Assembly: GCA_015064285.1 (NCBI GenBank)
Contig: SVSN01000008.1
Location: 9,498 to 73,497 of the forward strand
Length of the DNA: 64,000 nt
DNA from: Oscillospiraceae bacterium
Lineage (GTDB): Bacteria > Bacillota > Clostridia > Oscillospirales > CAG-272
Direction: 5' to 3'
Each line of letters opens with the position of its first letter. The first letter of the stretch is position 1. The position numbers and the translations under genes are program-made. This document shows, one piece after another, positions 8,611-17,988 of this stretch. A model generated the notes under the pieces. The model was not told the origin of the DNA and did not search any database. It saw nothing but the letters and a program-made list of their open reading frames with translations.

Positions 8611-10518
8611 ATGGAATATACGCTGCGATACAAGCTGGCTGACGGTACCTGGAAAGATGGGTGCTGCCGGACACAGGAACTGGAAAACGGACTCTTTGCG
8701 GTTTATGCCGACACTGTGGCGGAGGCTGTGCTGGATCCGGATCTGGGAGCTTCCATCGCCATTGATGACAGTGACTGGGAACAGTTTATGTCGGATGACC
8801 GGTACAGTGAATTCTGGTGCCGTCCTGCATTCGGAACCAAAGGAATTGAAATTCCCGGTGAAGGACAGTATCTGCTGATCAAACTGAAAAACGGTCTGTG
8901 GCGGGTGTATGTACCGGTGGTTTCAGAAGACTATAAATGCATCATCCGCGGATCGGAAGAAGGTGCTGCGGCAGTACTGTTTTCCTGGTATGCCGGAAAA
9001 TGTGACTGCCGGGGACTGGCTTTTGTAACCGGAGAGGGAAAGGATCCCTACAAACTGACGGAAGACTGTGTAAAGGCAGCGTTGGCCATCCTGAACAACG
9101 GCTGCCGGCACCGCAGTGAACGCCGGTATCCCGAAGTGTTTGAGTACCTGGGATGGTGTTCCTGGGACGCCATGCCAGCGGATAATGTAAGTGAAGCCGG
9201 GGTTCTGCAGAAGTGTAAGGAATTCCGGGATAAGGAAATCCCCGTGCGCTGGGCAATTCTGGACGATATGTGGGCGCAGATCCGCCATTTTGATGAGAGT
9301 ACCTACGAAAACCGCGGCGAAATGTTCCGGGTGATGCACTCCTCCCATATGTCCGACTTTGAAGCATCCTATAAGCGGTTCCCGAACGGCCTGGCCCACT
9401 GTCTGAAAGCCATGCGGAAAGATTACGATATGATTCCTGCCATGTGGCACCCCACCACCGGGTACTGGATGGGCATTGAAAAAGGCAGTCCGGCAGACGA
9501 AAAGCTGGCCGGTACCACAATGGAAGCCATCGACGGCCGGATTCTCGGGGACTGGCACGAAGCCAAGTCCTTCCAGTACTTCAATACCTACCATCGGTTC
9601 TTCCGGGAATGCGGTGCGGAATTTGTAAAAGTGGATAACCAGAGTATGTACCGCCGGTTCTACAAGGGCATGGACACTGTGGGCAAGGTATGCAGAGAAT
9701 ATCACAGAGGCCTGGAAGCATCCGTGGGTCTGAATTTTGACGGTACCATGATCAACTGCATGGGCATGGCTTCCGAAGATATGTGGAACCGTTCTTCCTC
9801 TGCCATTTCCCGCTGCAGCGACGACTTCCAGCCGGAAAACCGTCCCTGGTTCACCAAGCACATTCTCCAGTGTACATACAACTGCCTGATTCAGGGACAG
9901 TTCTATTGGTGCGACTATGATATGTGGTGGACGGACGACAGCCAGGGACCGAAGAATTCTCTGCTTCGTGCCGTCAGCGGCGGACCAATCTATGTCAGCG
10001 ATAAGCTGGAACGGTCCCGGAAGGAAATTCTGGATCCGCTGGCTTTTGCGGACGGGAAAATCCTGCGCTGTGACCGACCCGGTATGCCTACACTGGACTG
10101 CCTGACCGTGGATCCCGAACAGAGCGGTGCACCTCTCAAGATCCAGAACAAATATGGCAGAAGCGGCTTTGTAGCGGCGTTCAATGTGTCGAAAGAAGAA
10201 TCTCCTGTCACCGGTACGGTGTCTCCCGCGGATGTGGAAGGTCTGGAAGGGGAAATCTTTGCCGCATACGAACATTTCACCGGCAGAGTAACCCTGCTCG
10301 GCAAGGACGACAGAATTGAAATCACGCTGAATAACCACGACGAATACTGCCTGTATGTGATTGTACCTTATGAAAACGGCTTTGCGCCTATTGGTCTGCT
10401 GGATAAGTTCATCTCTCCTGCCGGAATTGTGAACGAAGCGGGTGGAGAAGTGACTCTGTACGAAAGCGGCCGGTACGGGTATGTGAAGAACGGCGAATTT
10501 GTTATTGAGAACAGGTAA
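8611..10518 (+). CDS. GH36-related / raffinose-synthase (Sip1)-like glycoside hydrolase
   Basis: 635 aa. Motifs GWCSWDAM, FVKVDNQS and CSDDFQPE are characteristic of the alpha-galactosidase/raffinose-synthase clan. No signal peptide. Confidence 0.75.
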   Translation: MEYTLRYKLADGTWKDGCCRTQELENGLFAVYADTVAEAVLDPDLGASIAIDDSDWEQFMSDDRYSEFWCRPAFGTKGIEIPGEGQYLLIKLKNGLWRVYVPVVSEDYKCIIRGSEEGAAAVLFSWYAGKCDCRGLAFVTGEGKDPYKLTEDCVKAALAILNNGCRHRSERRYPEVFEYLGWCSWDAMPADNVSEAGVLQKCKEFRDKEIPVRWAILDDMWAQIRHFDESTYENRGEMFRVMHSSHMSDFEASYKRFPNGLAHCLKAMRKDYDMIPAMWHPTTGYWMGIEKGSPADEKLAGTTMEAIDGRILGDWHEAKSFQYFNTYHRFFRECGAEFVKVDNQSMYRRFYKGMDTVGKVCREYHRGLEASVGLNFDGTMINCMGMASEDMWNRSSSAISRCSDDFQPENRPWFTKHILQCTYNCLIQGQFYWCDYDMWWTDDSQGPKNSLLRAVSGGPIYVSDKLERSRKEILDPLAFADGKILRCDRPGMPTLDCLTVDPEQSGAPLKIQNKYGRSGFVAAFNVSKEESPVTGTVSPADVEGLEGEIFAAYEHFTGRVTLLGKDDRIEITLNNHDEYCLYVIVPYENGFAPIGLLDKFISPAGIVNEAGGEVTLYESGRYGYVKNGEFVIENR

Positions 10519-10520
10519 GT

Positions 10521-11234
10521 ATGGGATATAAATACGAACTGCATCTGCATACCAGTGAAGTCAGCCGGTGTGCGGAGTGCTCTGCAGCAAAGCAGGTAGA
10601 AGTCTACCGCAGGCTTGGTTATACAGGTATCTGCATCACCGATCATTTTTTCGGTGGTTCCAACAATATTCCCCCGGATATTTCCTGGGAGGAAAAAATC
10701 CACAGGCTGGCTTCCGGGTATGAAAACGCAAAAAAAGCAGCAGAAGGCACGGAACTGGATGTGTTTTTCGGCTGGGAGTATACCCTGGGCGGCGGATCGG
10801 ACTTTCTGATTCTGGGACTGGACAAGGACTGGCTTCTGCACTACCCGGATCAGATGACATGGAAGGCACAGGACTACTTCACAAGAGTCCGGGCGGACGG
10901 CGGGTACGTGATTCATGCACATCCCTTCCGCAGATACCCGTATCCGTGGATTGATACCATCAAGCTGATGCCGTGGCATATTGACGGTGTGGAGATCTGC
11001 AACGCCTCCAATGAGGATGACGAAAACGATATGGCGGTGCTGTACGCAAAGCACTACGGACTGCCCGTGTTTGCAGGTTCCGACAATCACGAAGGCGTGG
11101 TAACAAGATACGCCGGGATCGAAGCGGACAGACGGTACAATAATATCACTGAAATGCTGAAAGCGGCCTCCGGGCATCCGGAATGGCTTTTCTGCCGGAC
11201 ATACGAAGAACTGATCAGCGGAGTGAAAGAATAA
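10521..11234 (+). CDS. PHP-domain phosphoesterase, tandem paralogue 1
   Basis: MGYKYELHLHTSEVSRC (HxH), ITDHF, HAHPF and GSDNH metal-ligand motifs of the PHP family. It starts 3 nt after the GH36-like stop. Confidence 0.85.
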   Translation: MGYKYELHLHTSEVSRCAECSAAKQVEVYRRLGYTGICITDHFFGGSNNIPPDISWEEKIHRLASGYENAKKAAEGTELDVFFGWEYTLGGGSDFLILGLDKDWLLHYPDQMTWKAQDYFTRVRADGGYVIHAHPFRRYPYPWIDTIKLMPWHIDGVEICNASNEDDENDMAVLYAKHYGLPVFAGSDNHEGVVTRYAGIEADRRYNNITEMLKAASGHPEWLFCRTYEELISGVKE

Positions 11235-11244
11235 GGAGAATCTC

Positions 11245-11931
11245 ATGGGATACAAATACGAACTGCACCTGCATACATCGGAAGCAAGCAAATGCGGGGC
11301 AGCCACAGCGGCGGAACAGGTTGCGTTTTACAACTCTCTCGGTTATGCGGGCATCTGTATCACCAACCATTATTTCAGAGGAAATACGTCCATTCCCATG
11401 GATTTACCCTTTGAACAGCAGATCCGGTATTTTGTCCGGGCGTACGAACTGGCCAAAGAAGCGGCAGAAGGGACTGATCTGGATGTATTTCTGGGATGGG
11501 AGTATGCAGCCGGCGGCGGCGCGGAATTTCTGATCCTGGGTCTGGATACGGAATGGCTTCTGGCGCATCCGGATCAGATGCAATGGAAACCGGCAGAGTA
11601 TTTCACAAGAGTCAGAGAAGATGGTGGTTTTGTGATCCAGGCTCATCCCTACCGGCAGGCAAGCTATATAAATACCATTCATCTGATGCCCTGGCATGTT
11701 GACGGTGTGGAAGTCTGTAATGCCGGCAACAGTGATTTTGACAACGAAATGGCAAGGCATTATGCGGAAATGTATAAGCTGCCCATGTATGCCGGTTCCG
11801 ACAATCACAGCTGCAGCCCAAAACGGATGGCAGGCATCGAAGCGGACAGACGGTACGACAGCATCACCGAACTGCTGCGTGCGGCGGCAGAACATCCGGA
11901 GTGGATGTTCTATCACAGGGATCTGAAATAA
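11245..11931 (+). CDS. PHP-domain phosphoesterase, tandem paralogue 2
   Basis: Same architecture and motifs as paralogue 1 (MGYKYELHLHTSEASKC ... QAHPY ... GSDNH ... HPEWMF). Confidence 0.85.
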   Translation: MGYKYELHLHTSEASKCGAATAAEQVAFYNSLGYAGICITNHYFRGNTSIPMDLPFEQQIRYFVRAYELAKEAAEGTDLDVFLGWEYAAGGGAEFLILGLDTEWLLAHPDQMQWKPAEYFTRVREDGGFVIQAHPYRQASYINTIHLMPWHVDGVEVCNAGNSDFDNEMARHYAEMYKLPMYAGSDNHSCSPKRMAGIEADRRYDSITELLRAAAEHPEWMFYHRDLK

Positions 11932-11956
11932 AAGCCTGTCAGGAGAATGAAACAGT

Positions 11957-12670
11957 ATGGGATATAAATACGAGCTGCACGTGCATACTGCAGAGGTCAG
12001 CAGATGTTCTAACTGTCCGGCGGCCAAGCAGGTGGAGGTTTACAATGCGCTGGGCTATACCGGGATCTGCATTACCAACCATTTTTACGGCGGATACAAC
12101 TCCATCCCCATGCATAAACCGTTTGAGGAGCAGATCCGGTATTATGTGCGCGGCTACGAACTGGCAAAGGAAGCGGCGGAAGGCACGGGACTCGATGTAT
12201 TTCTGGGCTGGGAATACACCATCGGCGGCGGCACGGATTTCCTGATTCTGGGACTGGATACAGAATGGCTTCTGGCTCACCCGGATCAGATGCAGTGGAA
12301 AACAACAGAGTATTTTGACAGAGTCAGAGCCGATGGCGGCATGGTCATCCAGGCACACCCCTACCGGAAAGCCGGGTATATTGATACCATCCGTCTGATG
12401 CCATGGCACGTGGATGGTGTGGAAGTCTACAACGGCAGCAACCGGGATTTTGACAACGATATGGCGAAGCACTACGCCGAAATGTATAACCTGCCCATGT
12501 ATGCCGGGACGGACAACCACTGCGGCAAACAGCGGCTGGCGGGTATCGAAGCGGATAGACGGTATGACAGCATTACGGAAATGCTGAAGGCGGCGGCAGA
12601 ACATCCGGAATGGCTGTTCTGTTACCCCATGCCTGAGATTGACGTACATGTACCGAATGACGATGACTAA
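11957..12670 (+). CDS. PHP-domain phosphoesterase, tandem paralogue 3
   Basis: MGYKYELHVHTAEVSRC ... QAHPY ... GTDNH ... HPEWLF. Intact frame. Confidence 0.85.
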   Translation: MGYKYELHVHTAEVSRCSNCPAAKQVEVYNALGYTGICITNHFYGGYNSIPMHKPFEEQIRYYVRGYELAKEAAEGTGLDVFLGWEYTIGGGTDFLILGLDTEWLLAHPDQMQWKTTEYFDRVRADGGMVIQAHPYRKAGYIDTIRLMPWHVDGVEVYNGSNRDFDNDMAKHYAEMYNLPMYAGTDNHCGKQRLAGIEADRRYDSITEMLKAAAEHPEWLFCYPMPEIDVHVPNDDD

Positions 12671-12690
12671 TCATATATAAAGAGGATACT

Positions 12691-13383
12691 ATGGGATATA
12701 AATACGAAATGCATCTGCATACATCGGAAATCAGTTTGTGTGCCGGTGCAACTGCCGCAGAACAGGTGGAATTTTATCTCCAAAAAGGGTATGCGGGCAT
12801 CTGCGTGACCAATCACTTTATCAACGGTGTGACTCATGTACCCAAGGATATTCCGTGGGCAGACAGAGTTGCCGGATATTATCATGGTTACGAACTGGCG
12901 GCAGAAGCAGCAAAAGGCACCGGTATGGATGTGTTTTTTGCGTGGGAATACTCCATAGGCGGCGGTACGGACTTTCTGGTATATGGCCTGGGACCGGACT
13001 GGCTGCTGAAAAATGAAGAATCCCTGGATCTGCCTCCCAAGGCATATATGCAGTATGTCAGAGAAGCAGGCGCGCTGGTGGTTCATGCACATCCGTTCCG
13101 GGAAGCCGGATATATCGATATGATCCGCCTGCTGCCACGGGATGTGGACGGTGTGGAAATCTACAACGCCTGCCGGACGGATTTTGAAAACGCCATGGCA
13201 AAACAGTATGCGGGAAATTACGGTCTGTGGGCCAGTGCCGGATCCGATAACCATGTGGCAGGCAGGATCAGACAGCTGGCGGGTATCGAAGCACCTCGCC
13301 GGTATACCGATATGAAAGAGCTGCTGCTGGATACTGCTTCTCATCCGGAATGGCTTTTCTGCGAGCCGCATCCGGAACAGTAA
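12691..13383 (+). CDS. PHP-domain phosphoesterase, tandem paralogue 4 (most diverged)
   Basis: MGYKYEMHLHTSEISLC ... HAHPF ... GSDNH ... HPEWLF. Intact frame. Confidence 0.85.
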   Translation: MGYKYEMHLHTSEISLCAGATAAEQVEFYLQKGYAGICVTNHFINGVTHVPKDIPWADRVAGYYHGYELAAEAAKGTGMDVFFAWEYSIGGGTDFLVYGLGPDWLLKNEESLDLPPKAYMQYVREAGALVVHAHPFREAGYIDMIRLLPRDVDGVEIYNACRTDFENAMAKQYAGNYGLWASAGSDNHVAGRIRQLAGIEAPRRYTDMKELLLDTASHPEWLFCEPHPEQ

Positions 13384-13403
13384 AAGAATAAATCCATAAG
13401 AAA

Positions 13404-13455
13404 ACACCCTGTGTGATTCCGTTTTCCGGAGACACAGGGTGTATCTTTTTGTTTT
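13404..13455. terminator. bidirectional intrinsic terminator
   Basis: 11-bp perfect stem ACACCCTGTGT / ACACAGGGTGT followed by TCTTTTTGTTTT. It sits between convergent genes. Confidence 0.8.
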
Positions 13456-13459
13456 GGGT

Positions 13460-14956
13460 TTATTCGCCGGCTTCCAGCTTGGCGAAGTTGTCTACAATCT
13501 TCTGGATGGCGGTCTTCAGGGAATTTTCCTGCTTTTCATAGAAGGAAGCCAGGTCAGTATCGTTGGTGGATGCCTTGGTATAGATGTTGGTCTTTACATT
13601 ACCCAGCTGGTATACAGTGGAGCAGTCATAAGTGGTGGTGTCGAAGATGATGTCCACCATGCCGGCAGATTCTTCATCGCGGGAGTATTTGGACTTCAGA
13701 GTGATGTCATAGTATGCAGCCAGAACGGTCTTGGTGGATGCAGACTGCAGGGCTTCCAGAATGATGGAAGTACGTTCCACATCGGAAACAGACACGGGAA
13801 CGGACATACCGAAGAAGTTACCGTTGTTGCAGGAGTAGTATTGAGACTGCTTTTCATCAAACTTAGGCGCGGGCAGGATACCGAAGTTGGCTTCCATTTC
13901 ACGGAGTGCCTTAGCCCAGCTGATACATTCTACCCAGAACATGACCTGGTCAGCCGGGAACATAACTTCCTGTACACGGTGGTCAAGTGCCAGTCCTCTG
14001 GTGTTCTTTTTCATTTCGGCATCGTAATATACCCGTTCATCTCCATGAACGATACCCAGAATTTTTTCATAGGCATTGATGAAATTTTCATTGTAAAAAG
14101 TGAATGCCGGAACGTCATCTGCGTCTTTCTGGGTCAGCGTGTGACCGCAGCCGTTCAGCAGGAACATATAGAATACACCCCGCCAGGACATCATGCCGTA
14201 GTCGTCATTGTCGTCGAAGGTGCCGTCACCGTTGGTGTCATTACCGGAGATTACAGCCATTTCCCCCAGTTTATCCAGCGTCCATTTCCCGTCCAGCACC
14301 AGTTCGTAGGGATCTTCCAGATCATGATCCAGAAGGATGCCTTTGTTGAAGAACATACAGATGGTTTCATCGATATGTGTGGTCATGAAATCTCCTACGC
14401 AGACATACAGCTTGTTCAGAATGGAGAGCTGTTCCGATGCGTTGGAATCCCAATACGGTTTATCGAAATTCTGATAGGGCAGCGTGTAAAGATCCATCAG
14501 ATATCCGTTCTGGGCGTAGGAAAGGATATTGGAACCCTGCATAAGGGAAAGGTCGAAGGAGCCGTCTCCGGAAACAATGGCGGTTTTGATCTGGGGCGCA
14601 CCCTGTTCCGTTTCGGTGATTTTGATGTTCAGCCGGTCTTCCACAGCCAGATTTCGATTGAAAATGGCGGAAGGAACCGCTTCACCGGAGTCTTCATCGG
14701 CAGTTACGTGTACTGTGGTGAACCAGTCGTTGGATTCCGGATTGGAATTGAAGATTACATACTCAAACCCTTCAAAATCCGATTCGGGCAGATCATCGGA
14801 AACTTCGGTTTCAGTCTCCGTTTCGGTTTCGGTCTCGGTTTCCGTCATCTGAGCGGCGGTTTCAGCCGGATCCGGTTCGCTTTGTGCACAGGCGATGGCA
14901 GAGGCGGCTGTCATCAGAAGTGCAAGAAAAAGAGAAAACAGGCGTTTTGCTTTCAT
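13460..14956 (-). CDS. ABC-transporter extracellular solute-binding lipoprotein (orphan)
   Basis: Signal peptide plus lipobox (AIACAQS), then a (Thr-Glu)n linker and a ~450-aa SBP-like body. It is paralogous to the 30281-31819 product. No permease or ATPase gene is adjacent. Confidence 0.75.
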   Translation of the reverse strand: MKAKRLFSLFLALLMTAASAIACAQSEPDPAETAAQMTETETETETETETEVSDDLPESDFEGFEYVIFNSNPESNDWFTTVHVTADEDSGEAVPSAIFNRNLAVEDRLNIKITETEQGAPQIKTAIVSGDGSFDLSLMQGSNILSYAQNGYLMDLYTLPYQNFDKPYWDSNASEQLSILNKLYVCVGDFMTTHIDETICMFFNKGILLDHDLEDPYELVLDGKWTLDKLGEMAVISGNDTNGDGTFDDNDDYGMMSWRGVFYMFLLNGCGHTLTQKDADDVPAFTFYNENFINAYEKILGIVHGDERVYYDAEMKKNTRGLALDHRVQEVMFPADQVMFWVECISWAKALREMEANFGILPAPKFDEKQSQYYSCNNGNFFGMSVPVSVSDVERTSIILEALQSASTKTVLAAYYDITLKSKYSRDEESAGMVDIIFDTTTYDCSTVYQLGNVKTNIYTKASTNDTDLASFYEKQENSLKTAIQKIVDNFAKLEAGE

Positions 14957-15137
14957 GGTGCATCTCCTTTGATTGAATCATTTTCAAAAATGAATATACA
15001 GGTATACAGATTTATCATATCACAGATATCATAAAAAGTCAACAAAAAAATGTGTATTTCAGAAGGAATATCCAAATAAGATGACAATATTTTAAGAAAG
15101 TTAAAAATAAACTACAAAAATAGGTATTATAGCAGCC

Positions 15138-15167
15138 GTATAAACAACATGGTATACGGACATACTG
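15138..15167 (+). promoter_or_regulatory. possible forespore (sigma-G/F type) promoter of the spoVA genes
   Basis: GTATA-18 nt-CATACTG about 30 nt upstream of spoVAD. It resembles the sigma-G consensus (GnATA / CATAcTA). Motif match only. Confidence 0.35.
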
Positions 15168-15198
15168 ACAGCAGAAACGAAATCATACAGGAGACAGT

Positions 15199-16239
15199 AT
15201 GCAAATCAGACCAGCAAGGCCGGTGTATATCTACAGCTGGGGATCGGTTGTGGGGAAAAAAGAGCATGAAGGCCCTCTTGGCGAACTGTTTGACGGATAC
15301 GACAGCACAGATCTGTTCGGGACAGAAACTTTTGAAAAAGCGGAATCGGAAATGCAGAAACGTGCGCTGGGACTGGCGATGGCCAAAGGCGGATTTCTGC
15401 CGGAAGATATCGATTGCCTGCTGGCAGGAGATCTGGTGAACCAGTGTATTTCCTCCACATACGGATTATTATCCTATAAACTGCCGTATATCGGGCTGTT
15501 CGGTGCCTGCTCCACAGCGGCAGAGGGACTGATCCTGTCGGCTCTGCTGGCCGGCGCATACTGCAGAAGGTGTATCAATGTCACTTCCTCTCATTACTGT
15601 ACGGCGGAAAGACAGTTCCGGTTTCCTCTGGAATACGGCGGACAGAGACCTCCCACTGCCCAGTGGACAGTGACCGGATCCGGGGCGTTTGTCTGCACGG
15701 CGGAACCTGCCGATCTGCTCCGTCTGGATGGGCAATATGTACCGCAGATTACCGCAGTTCTCCCCGGGATTGCAGTGGACGGAGGGATCAACGATGCCAA
15801 CAATATGGGAGCAGCCATGGCACCGGCGGCGATGGATACACTGCTGCGGTATTTTGCCGAAAATAAAAGTCTGGAGGGGATCGACCTGATCCTGACGGGA
15901 GATCTGGGCAGGGAAGGCAGCGCCATTCTGGCGGATCTGATGTGGAGTCATGGGATGGATATCTCCTCAAGACTGGCAGACTGCGGAAAGATGATTTTTC
16001 GGCTGGACGACAGAAAAACGGATGTACACGCCGGCGGTTCCGGATGCGGCTGCAGTGCGGTGGTACTGGCGGCAGATATACTGGAAAACATCCGGCAGGG
16101 CCGGTTGGAGAAGGTATTGTTTGTGGGAACGGGAGCATTGATGAATGCCATGGCTCTGTACCAGGGACAGAGTATTCCTGGCATTGCACATCTGGTGGAA
16201 ATTACCCGCACGGAACTGCCGCAGGAGAAGGTGAGATGA
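15199..16239 (+). CDS. spoVAD: stage V sporulation protein AD
   Basis: 346 aa. Thiolase-like SpoVAD signature (VGKKEHEGPLGELFD ... GACSTAAEGL ... GGSGCGCSAVV). Confidence 0.9.
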   Translation: MQIRPARPVYIYSWGSVVGKKEHEGPLGELFDGYDSTDLFGTETFEKAESEMQKRALGLAMAKGGFLPEDIDCLLAGDLVNQCISSTYGLLSYKLPYIGLFGACSTAAEGLILSALLAGAYCRRCINVTSSHYCTAERQFRFPLEYGGQRPPTAQWTVTGSGAFVCTAEPADLLRLDGQYVPQITAVLPGIAVDGGINDANNMGAAMAPAAMDTLLRYFAENKSLEGIDLILTGDLGREGSAILADLMWSHGMDISSRLADCGKMIFRLDDRKTDVHAGGSGCGCSAVVLAADILENIRQGRLEKVLFVGTGALMNAMALYQGQSIPGIAHLVEITRTELPQEKVR

Positions 16240-16608
16240 ATGGAAATGTGGATAGAATATTTGAAAGCCTTTCTGGTGGGCGGTGCATTCTGTGCACTGG
16301 CGCAGCTTCTGATTGACAGAACCCGGATTACCCCGGCGCGGATTCTGGTGATGTATGTGGTCGCCGGTGTAGCGCTGGGGGCTGCGGGGCTTTACAAACC
16401 GCTGGTGGATTTTGCGGGAACAGGTGCTGCCACGCCGCTGACGGGATTCGGGTTTCTGATTTCGGAAGGCGTGAAAAAAGCCGTGGACAAAGACGGTTTC
16501 ATGGGAATATTTACCGGTGGGATCACAGCGGCGGCAGGCGGGATCACAGCGGCTGTGGTGTTTTCCCTGCTGGCAGCCTGTATTGTCAGGAGCAAACCGA
16601 AGCCATAA
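16240..16608 (+). CDS. spoVAE: stage V sporulation protein AE (SpoVAC/SpoVAEB family)
   Basis: 122-aa membrane protein starting immediately after the spoVAD stop. Gly/Ala-rich TM segments are typical of SpoVAEb. Confidence 0.8.
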   Translation: MEMWIEYLKAFLVGGAFCALAQLLIDRTRITPARILVMYVVAGVALGAAGLYKPLVDFAGTGAATPLTGFGFLISEGVKKAVDKDGFMGIFTGGITAAAGGITAAVVFSLLAACIVRSKPKP

Positions 16609-16622
16609 AAGGGGGAATCAGA

Positions 16623-16868
16623 ATGATTGCAGGAACCGGATACCGGTATAAAATTGAACTTGTGACAGCATCGGACGTAGCGGAGTTTCACAGGATCGCT
16701 GAGGAGTGCCCGGGAAAAGTGACTATCATCAGCGGTTCAGACGGCCGGAATCGGCTCAGCGCCACCAGTTTTCTCGGCGTCCATCTGGCCAGAGCCATGT
16801 GGAACGAAATCTATGTGGAAACTGACTTCGACTGTTACAGGGAATTTGAAAAGTTTATATGCGGATAA
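16623..16868 (+). CDS. small conserved hypothetical protein, possibly HPr-fold but lacking the catalytic His motif
   Basis: 81-aa ORF co-oriented with the spoVA genes. The segment RLSATSFLGVHLA weakly resembles the HPr AKSLLGVLSL region, and no GLHARPA site is present. The domain call is tentative. Confidence 0.45.
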   Translation: MIAGTGYRYKIELVTASDVAEFHRIAEECPGKVTIISGSDGRNRLSATSFLGVHLARAMWNEIYVETDFDCYREFEKFICG

Positions 16869-16921
16869 CAGGATATGGAGAAACGCAGTATATTATGCAG
16901 CACGATCTGTATCCAACAAAA

Positions 16922-16955
16922 AAATCACCTTGCCGGAACAGGGTGATTTCTTTAT
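16922..16955. terminator. intrinsic terminator between convergent genes
   Basis: Hairpin AATCACCTTG / CAGGGTGATT followed by a T-rich run. Confidence 0.5.
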
Positions 16956-16962
16956 GTGATTC

Positions 16963-17856
16963 TTACCTTTTACTTTTTTTGTGTGCCGGTGCAAGTTCGC
17001 TGACCAGTGCCGCACCCAGAATCAGTACCGCACCGATGATGCCGTGGATTCCCAGAGGTTCCCTGAGAAACAGAGCGGAGAGAAGAACGGCAAGAATGGG
17101 ATCCAGATAGCTGCCGATGGCAAGTGTGTGCGCCTGCAGATGGGGCATGGCAGCAAAATACAGGGAATAGGCAACACCTGTATGCACAATACCCAGTACA
17201 AGCAGCAGAAGAACAGAACGCAGATCCAGCGTAAGAGCACTGTAATCTACAGTGAAAAACGTGTATACCAGCATGATGACAGCGGAAATTCCCAGCTGCA
17301 GAACGGTTCTGTCTCCGGCAGAGAGGGCTTTCATGGTTTTGTTGCAGACCACCACACTGGTGTACAGTACTGCCGCTGCCAGACCCAGGATTACCCCTTT
17401 GAACTGACCGTCTCCGCCAAAACCGGATTCCGCCACGCCGGAAACAAACACCATGCCTGCCAGCGCTGCCAGGACACAGAATCCTTTCACCGGTGTCAGC
17501 CGTTCTTTCCAGATCAGAGGAGCCAGAAGAACCATAAATATGGGCGCCATATAGTAACAGAGGGTCGCTGTTGCCACCGTGGTGTACCGGTATGCTTCAA
17601 AGAGCAGAATCCAGTTGAACCCGAGAAATGCACTGGACAGGCATAACGGCAGTCCGTCCCGGCGAACCGCAGACCAGTCGATTTTCTGTTTCCGCAGAAG
17701 ATGCAGGATGCAGAGAAAAAGTGCTCCTACCGCGCCGCGTACAAGGGCAATGAGGCTGGAAGGAATTGTCAGAAAATGGGTGAAAATACCGATGGTGCCG
17801 AAAATAGCCATGGCGCCGAAGAACATCCCCCGTGCGCCGGAATTCTTTGTCTGCAT
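16963..17856 (-). CDS. EamA/DMT-family transporter
   Basis: 297 aa with ~10 predicted TM segments and the duplicated EamA-type organisation. Confidence 0.8.
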   Translation of the reverse strand: MQTKNSGARGMFFGAMAIFGTIGIFTHFLTIPSSLIALVRGAVGALFLCILHLLRKQKIDWSAVRRDGLPLCLSSAFLGFNWILLFEAYRYTTVATATLCYYMAPIFMVLLAPLIWKERLTPVKGFCVLAALAGMVFVSGVAESGFGGDGQFKGVILGLAAAVLYTSVVVCNKTMKALSAGDRTVLQLGISAVIMLVYTFFTVDYSALTLDLRSVLLLLVLGIVHTGVAYSLYFAAMPHLQAHTLAIGSYLDPILAVLLSALFLREPLGIHGIIGAVLILGAALVSELAPAHKKSKR

Positions 17857-17988
17857 AACTATACCTCACAGGTTGGAACTGCTGACAGTATACCACAGGA
17901 ACGGTAAAAATGCTACCATTTTCATGGAAAAATGTGCAAAAAAACAGCAGAAACCGTTTTGGGGATCCGATTCCTGCTGTTTTGGGAT

